Source of the DNA: an uncultured virus (IMG/VR IMGVR_UViG_3300029317_000049)
Taxonomy: Duplodnaviria; Heunggongvirae; Uroviricota; Caudoviricetes
Direction: 5' to 3' (one strand)
IMG/VR virus record: IMGVR_UViG_3300029317_000049
DNA length: 64,000 nucleotides
The position numbers and the translations under genes are program-made. The notes beneath the pieces were generated by a model. The model did not search any database. It was not told the origin of the DNA and saw nothing but the letters and a program-made list of their open reading frames with translations. This document shows positions 59,060-64,000 of this stretch, in pieces (the stretch's first letter is position 1; the number at the start of each line of letters is the position of its first letter).

Positions 59060-60226
59060 AAAAAAATACTTAACACAAAAATCAAACTACACCCCATTGC
59101 CGTTTTATCTGCGTCTAATGTTGGCGCTCAAAATATCGCTATTTTGGGTGCTGAACTTATTACGCAAGAAAGCGGTTTGGTTCAATTACTTCCTTCAGGA
59201 AAATTTAATGCTGTTGATGGTCGTCCTGCAGACGTAGCCGATAATCATTGGTTAATGGATGAAATTGCTTTTCAAGCATTAAAAGCCAATACACCACACC
59301 AAGAAGGTGATTTGGTTATTGACTATGAACACCAAACTCTTAAAGCCCCGGTAAACGGACAACCTGCAATCGCGTCGGGCTTTTTTAATATTGACGATGT
59401 GCGTTTTATTGAGGGTAAAGGTTTATTCATAAAGCCTAAATGGACTGAAAAAGCACAAGCGCATTTGAGCGCCGGTGAATACAAATATATTTCTGCCGTG
59501 TTTGGTTATGACGCAACCACTGGCCGACCTACCTATTTACATTCTGCTGCATTGGTTAATCGCCCAGGCGTTGATGGCATGAAGCCATTAACACTGCTTG
59601 CTGCAGATTTGTACTTAAAAAAAACCAATACCAACAACCAAAAGGACACTGCCGTGAATCCAATATTACTGGCGATATTACAAGCCTTGGGAATTAAAGT
59701 GGACGGTGATTTACCCACCGAGCCTGCTGCCCTAAGTGCACTAAACACACAAGTAACAACTGCCTTGGCAGCGTTACAAGCAGATGCAGGCAAAGTTGCT
59801 TCACTTAATGACCAAGTTGCTGTGTTAAGCGCAGGTCAAGCGAACCCTGCCACACATGTTCCAATTGCGGCGATTACTGAATTGCAAAACACAGTTGCTG
59901 CGCTACAAGCACAAGTAAGTGGTGGCGAAGTTGAAAAACTGGTTCAGCAAGGCTTAGCCGATGGTCGCATCATTGCTTCAATGGAAGGTTGGGCTACAGA
60001 GTTAGGCAAGCAGTCTGTTGCACAGCTTCAAGCTTATTTAGATAAATCAGCACCTATTGCCGCGTTAAGCGGTAAGCAGACAAAAGACTTAAACCTTGAT
60101 GCTGAAGGCAACAAGTTAACGGGCGTTGCAGCACTGAGCGCCGAAGACAAAGATGCAGCAACTGCGCTTGGTATTTCTCATGAAGATTTTGCCAAGCAAA
60201 AAGATGCTGAATTAGGAGCTAAATAA
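59057..60226 (+). CDS. Prohead protease I with probable internal scaffold (Z) start at GTG 59654
   Basis: IDYEHQT, EYKYISAVF, ALVNRP; AAGGA before in-frame GTG. Confidence 0.9.
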   Translation: MKKILNTKIKLHPIAVLSASNVGAQNIAILGAELITQESGLVQLLPSGKFNAVDGRPADVADNHWLMDEIAFQALKANTPHQEGDLVIDYEHQTLKAPVNGQPAIASGFFNIDDVRFIEGKGLFIKPKWTEKAQAHLSAGEYKYISAVFGYDATTGRPTYLHSAALVNRPGVDGMKPLTLLAADLYLKKTNTNNQKDTAVNPILLAILQALGIKVDGDLPTEPAALSALNTQVTTALAALQADAGKVASLNDQVAVLSAGQANPATHVPIAAITELQNTVAALQAQVSGGEVEKLVQQGLADGRIIASMEGWATELGKQSVAQLQAYLDKSAPIAALSGKQTKDLNLDAEGNKLTGVAALSAEDKDAATALGISHEDFAKQKDAELGAK

Positions 60227-60228
60227 TC

Positions 60229-61146
60229 ATGATTGTTACTTCAACAACACTTAACGCTTTGCGTACTGGTTTTAGTAAACATTTTCAAGACGGTAAAAAT
60301 GGTGTTAAACCACAATTTACTAAAATTGCCACAATTATACCTTCAACAACAGCCACTAATACTTATGGCTGGTTAGGTGAATGGCCAGGCTTTAGAGAAT
60401 GGATTGGTGATCGTGTTCACAAGTCAATGAAAGAGCGAGATTACACCATTGCTAACAAAGACTGGGAAAGCTCAGTAGATGTACAACGTAATCATATTGA
60501 AGATGACCAGCTGGGCATTTACGACCCTATGTTTAAAGAAGCTGGCCGTGCAACTGAATTGTTTCCTGACGAATTGGTATTTCCACAATTGGCATTAGGT
60601 GAAACAACCACTTGTTACGACGGTCAGTTCTTCTTTGATTCAGACCATCCAATCAATGCAGAAGTTGATGGTAGTGGCGCTGATGTTAGCGTGACAAACA
60701 TGATAGTTGATGTCGTTTATACAGGCGACACCTGGTACATGATGTGTACTAGTCGTGCTTTAAAACCAATTATTTATCAAGAACGCAAAAAGCCACAATT
60801 TACAGCGATGACAGCCTTAACTGATGAAGCCGTTTATACAGCGAAAAAGTTCCGTTATGGCATTGATTTACGCAGTAATGCTGGTTTTGGTTTTTGGCAA
60901 ATGGCTATCGCAATCAAAGCCGCACCTACGCCTGATGTTATTTGGCAAGCGATGGAGTTGATGAAGTCTTTCACTGCTGATGGTGGTCGTAAGCTTGGTC
61001 TAGTGCCTGATTTAATTGTTGCTCCATCATCTATTGAAAAAACACTAACACGCATTTTAGAGCGAGAGCTTTATGAAGAAAATGGCGCAGCAGTAACTAA
61101 TGAGCTTAAAGGTAAGTTTGAATTGCTTGTAGCACATCAACTTTAA
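60229..61146 (+). CDS. Major head subunit (Mu gpT-like)
   Basis: YGWLGEWPGFREWIGDR, CYDGQFFFDSDHP, GFGFWQMA. Confidence 0.93.
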   Translation: MIVTSTTLNALRTGFSKHFQDGKNGVKPQFTKIATIIPSTTATNTYGWLGEWPGFREWIGDRVHKSMKERDYTIANKDWESSVDVQRNHIEDDQLGIYDPMFKEAGRATELFPDELVFPQLALGETTTCYDGQFFFDSDHPINAEVDGSGADVSVTNMIVDVVYTGDTWYMMCTSRALKPIIYQERKKPQFTAMTALTDEAVYTAKKFRYGIDLRSNAGFGFWQMAIAIKAAPTPDVIWQAMELMKSFTADGGRKLGLVPDLIVAPSSIEKTLTRILERELYEENGAAVTNELKGKFELLVAHQL

Positions 61147-61192
61147 ATACGGTTGAGTTAACTGGGTTAGATATACCTTTCCCTGGGTGTTT

Positions 61193-61223
61193 GGCCACCA
61201 ACGAGTGTGGTGGCCTTTTTTTT
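61193..61223 (+). terminator. Intrinsic terminator after capsid gene
   Basis: GGCCACCA/TGGTGGCC stem with T8. Confidence 0.85.
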
Positions 61224-61244
61224 AATATTAATTGAGTACACAAA

Positions 61245-61853
61245 ATGACTAAATTAACACTGGTTGCTATAGCTGTTATTTGTTCAAGACCTTCAGGTTA
61301 TCGTCGAGCAGGTTTTTCCTTAAATCAAGGTGAGAACTTAATAGATGCTAACAAAACACAATATGACGCATTAGATGCTGATAAACACTTAACAGTTTCA
61401 ATGGTATCGGACAACGTAGAGTTTGATGATGCCCCTCTTAATAATGGTGATTTAGAAGACCAAATTACAATCTTGAAAAATAAAGTGACCGAGTACTCAT
61501 CGATGTTGTCAACCGCATATGACGACATTAAAGAACTTGAAGAGCAGCTTGCCACTGCTTTAGCGGCTAACAGTGATCATAAAGTGAATGTTGGTGAAAT
61601 CGGTAAGGTTGTCGAAATGGATTTTTCTTGGGCACCTGAGCCATTAGCGCCTTGGATTGCAGCTCTCCATGAAATGCACACACAAACGCCTTTAACTAAA
61701 CGCCCTACGGTTGCAGAGCTAGAAGTTGAAGTACCTGGTGATGGTGAGCGTGAAGCTTTTATGCATAAACCAACTGCAGCTCAAGCTGATGAAGCTTGGG
61801 CTTACTACTCAGATAACGTTATTAATCACGTTCCTGATAGCGCTAAAGGTTAA
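61245..61853 (+). CDS. Mu gp35/HI1506-like protein
   Basis: GYRRAG...LDADKHLTV N-terminus. Confidence 0.65.
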   Translation: MTKLTLVAIAVICSRPSGYRRAGFSLNQGENLIDANKTQYDALDADKHLTVSMVSDNVEFDDAPLNNGDLEDQITILKNKVTEYSSMLSTAYDDIKELEEQLATALAANSDHKVNVGEIGKVVEMDFSWAPEPLAPWIAALHEMHTQTPLTKRPTVAELEVEVPGDGEREAFMHKPTAAQADEAWAYYSDNVINHVPDSAKG

Positions 61854-61858
61854 TCACT

Positions 61859-62278
61859 ATGTTGTATTGCAGCAAGCAAGGTTTAATTGACCGCTTTAGT
61901 GAAGATGAATTAGTTCAACTTACTGACCGTGACAGTTTAGGCGTTATCAATGATGAAGTACTAAACAGAGCGATTGAAGATGCCAGCACTGAAATGGACG
62001 CGTATTTATCGCGCTTCAATTACAGTGCTGACAACTTGCCCAAGTCACTTAAACCGCTTGCTTGCGATATTGCTCGTTATCGTTTGTACGATGAAGAGCC
62101 AATTGAGCATATAACTACTCGCTACAACAACGCCATTAAGTTTTTAAAAGCCGTTAATAAAGGTGAAATCACTATTGGTACCACCGATGCTGATACTGAA
62201 GTAACCAGTACTGATTTAGCTGAAATGCAAAGTGCTGGCACTGTGTTCTCTCGTGACAAATCCAGCGGTTTTATTTAG
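61859..62278 (+). CDS. Head-tail adaptor (Mu gp36/DUF1320-like)
   Basis: ACDIARYRLY...RYNNAIKFL. Confidence 0.85.
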   Translation: MLYCSKQGLIDRFSEDELVQLTDRDSLGVINDEVLNRAIEDASTEMDAYLSRFNYSADNLPKSLKPLACDIARYRLYDEEPIEHITTRYNNAIKFLKAVNKGEITIGTTDADTEVTSTDLAEMQSAGTVFSRDKSSGFI

Positions 62279-62288
62279 GGGCTAAGCA

Positions 62289-62723
62289 ATGATTGATGAA
62301 ATTATTACTCAGTTAACAGCCGCCACCTTAAATGATAAGCCTTTATATAAAAACGTTGAAGAAGCCATCGATTTAGCGACAGCAATGAAAGGCAGCATAA
62401 AAAATTCACCGGTTGCTTATGTTATTGAGATAAACCGTCGCCCTGGTAAAAATGCTCGGGACATGGGGCCAGCTTTACAAAAAATAAGCACCACCATTGG
62501 CGTAGTTGTCGGCATTAGCAAACGAAATGATGTTAGCGGACTGAAAGCGAAAACGATGGCTGAGCCAATACTCAAAGAAACCCGTAACGCCTTATTTGGT
62601 TTTACCCCCAATGGCGCTGAGCCACTGTTACTTGGTGCTGCAGATATCATCGGTACAACTGACCATGCACTGTGGACGTTAGAGCGATTTACCACTGAAC
62701 ATTTTGAGGAAGCAAGCCAATGA
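62289..62723 (+). CDS. Tail terminator (gp37-like)
   Basis: Synteny; ALFGFTP motif. Confidence 0.65.
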   Translation: MIDEIITQLTAATLNDKPLYKNVEEAIDLATAMKGSIKNSPVAYVIEINRRPGKNARDMGPALQKISTTIGVVVGISKRNDVSGLKAKTMAEPILKETRNALFGFTPNGAEPLLLGAADIIGTTDHALWTLERFTTEHFEEASQ

Positions 62724-62902
62724 GCAAACCAACACTATTAAACAAACGCCAAGGCGGCAGCTATACCAAAAACCCCGAAACGGGTGAAATCAACTTGATA
62801 GAGCAAACCACGCATCAAGAAATCACCGGTTTTGAAAATGTAGGTTCGACTTCAGTCGTACAAGCCGTCAAATCACCAGCTAAAAAAGCCCAGGCTAAAT
62901 AA
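62720..62902 (+). CDS. Small tail-region protein
   Basis: GGSY...TGE...IEQT. Confidence 0.55.
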   Translation: MSKPTLLNKRQGGSYTKNPETGEINLIEQTTHQEITGFENVGSTSVVQAVKSPAKKAQAK

Positions 62903-62913
62903 GGACGCTAACC

Positions 62914-63834
62914 ATGAAATTTAGTGAAAAATTATTACTCGCAAAAATTGAAGCCACTTATGGCGTAGATTCGTCACCCGGTGCAACCAATGCCATTTTA
63001 GCGAAAGACGTTGAGCTAACACCGCTTGAAGCGGAAGCCTTAGAACGTGGTTTAGTTAAACCGTATTTGGGCGCTGATGAATCTATTATCAGCGGTGAGC
63101 ATGTGCTTATTAGCTTTAAAATCGAATTTCAAGGCAGTGGCACAGCGGGAACAGCTCCCGCATGGGGGCCTTTAATCCGCGCCTGTGGTTTTGCCGAAAC
63201 GATTGCGGCAGTAACGTCTGTTGAATATGATTTAGCGGCAAGTAATTACGAAAGTGCCACGCTGTATTTCAATATGGGCAAGAACCTACACGCCATGAAA
63301 GGTGCACGCGGTAATGTCAAAGTTAGTTTAGAAAAAGGCATTCCGTACCTAGAATTTAATTTTATTGGCCTTTGGGTAGATCCAACCCAAGTTGCTGCAG
63401 TAACGCCAAATTGGTCACTTTGGCAAAAACCGACACCAACGGGTGTTGGCCGCACTTCAGGTTTTAGCATCAATGGCTTTGCCGCTAAACCTTACAAACT
63501 ATCGGTTGATGTGGGTCAAGACGTTAAATTTATTGAAACATTAACGACGCAAAGCGTTGATATTAATGAGCGTAAAGCCAGCGGTTCAGTCAGCATTGAA
63601 GCGCCTGACTTGTCAGTTAAAGATTTCTTTAGTGATGCTAAAAACTCCACTACGGGTGCCTTGGCTATTCAACACGGCCAAGTGTCTGGTCTTATCTGCA
63701 AAATTGATTGCCCTAAAGTACAAGTTAAAGCCCCGAAATATGGCGATAACGAAGGCACGGCCAGTTTAGATATGGATTTGATCTTAATTCCGACCAGTGC
63801 CGGCAACGACGAAATAAAATTGACCTTAACTTAA
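62914..63834 (+). CDS. Major tail tube protein (siphovirus-type)
   Basis: LAKIEATYG, WGPLIRACG, GARG; no sheath gene upstream. Confidence 0.75.
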   Translation: MKFSEKLLLAKIEATYGVDSSPGATNAILAKDVELTPLEAEALERGLVKPYLGADESIISGEHVLISFKIEFQGSGTAGTAPAWGPLIRACGFAETIAAVTSVEYDLAASNYESATLYFNMGKNLHAMKGARGNVKVSLEKGIPYLEFNFIGLWVDPTQVAAVTPNWSLWQKPTPTGVGRTSGFSINGFAAKPYKLSVDVGQDVKFIETLTTQSVDINERKASGSVSIEAPDLSVKDFFSDAKNSTTGALAIQHGQVSGLICKIDCPKVQVKAPKYGDNEGTASLDMDLILIPTSAGNDEIKLTLT

Positions 63835-63951
63835 AGTAATCAAGGACGTTGAAGGCGTAGCTTCGCTGGAGTCAGGTTTCTTTGGCAAGGATGCCACCTT
63901 AATCCCTTTTAATGGCTGTTTAAACAGCCTTTAATTTTATAGAGAGTTCCC

Positions 63952-64000
63952 ATGTTTACAATAATGAATAATCCCATTGTGTGGTGGCCTGTTGTTATTA
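63952..64000 (+). CDS. Probable tail assembly chaperone (5' part only)
   Basis: ATG after GAGAG; MFTIMNNPIVWWPVVI; follows tube gene. Confidence 0.5.
   Translation, partial: MFTIMNNPIVWWPVVI

Larger units (their letters stand above)
37075..64000. mobile_element. Mu-like transposable prophage (B3/BcepMu organisation); right end outside window
   Basis: DDE transposase, AAA ATPase, Mor, GemA, Mu head module; candidate 5'-TG end at 37075. Confidence 0.93.

Noticed and set aside
1..64000. tRNA, rRNA or IS elements
   Set aside because: None recognised; the only transposase is the Mu-type gene

Overview
AT-rich gammaproteobacterial DNA (Colwellia/Alteromonadales-like by inference) made up almost entirely of two prophages with cargo between them. 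(1) 1-~28.9 kb is a P2/HP1/K139-like myovirus prophage: tail, baseplate, head, terminase/portal, Ogr, gpA replicase with a recognisable ori, an MTase and a lambdoid-style CI/Cro switch. No integrase is in view. A cargo block at 21.3-23.4 kb holds a CHRD/PEP-CTERM gene and parDE, and the putative lysis enzyme is split by an in-frame TGA. (2) 29-37 kb is cargo: a Lamassu/ABC-three-component defence operon between 62-bp direct repeats, plus four integron-type cassettes behind three attI-like sites with no intI. (3) 37075-64000 is a B3/BcepMu-organised Mu-like prophage, apparently with a non-contractile tail, that seems to have inserted into an attC site. It carries a three-gene candidate defence operon and a MuF-metallopeptidase fusion. 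The most unusual signal is non-coding. A gap-free ~50-bp site occurs four times at the left edge of cargo modules, with a GC-centred dyad and swapped half-sites, and GGGGTCAGA hairpins mark many cargo boundaries. This may be an undescribed modular gene-capture system. All product calls come from motif and synteny recognition; no database searches were run.
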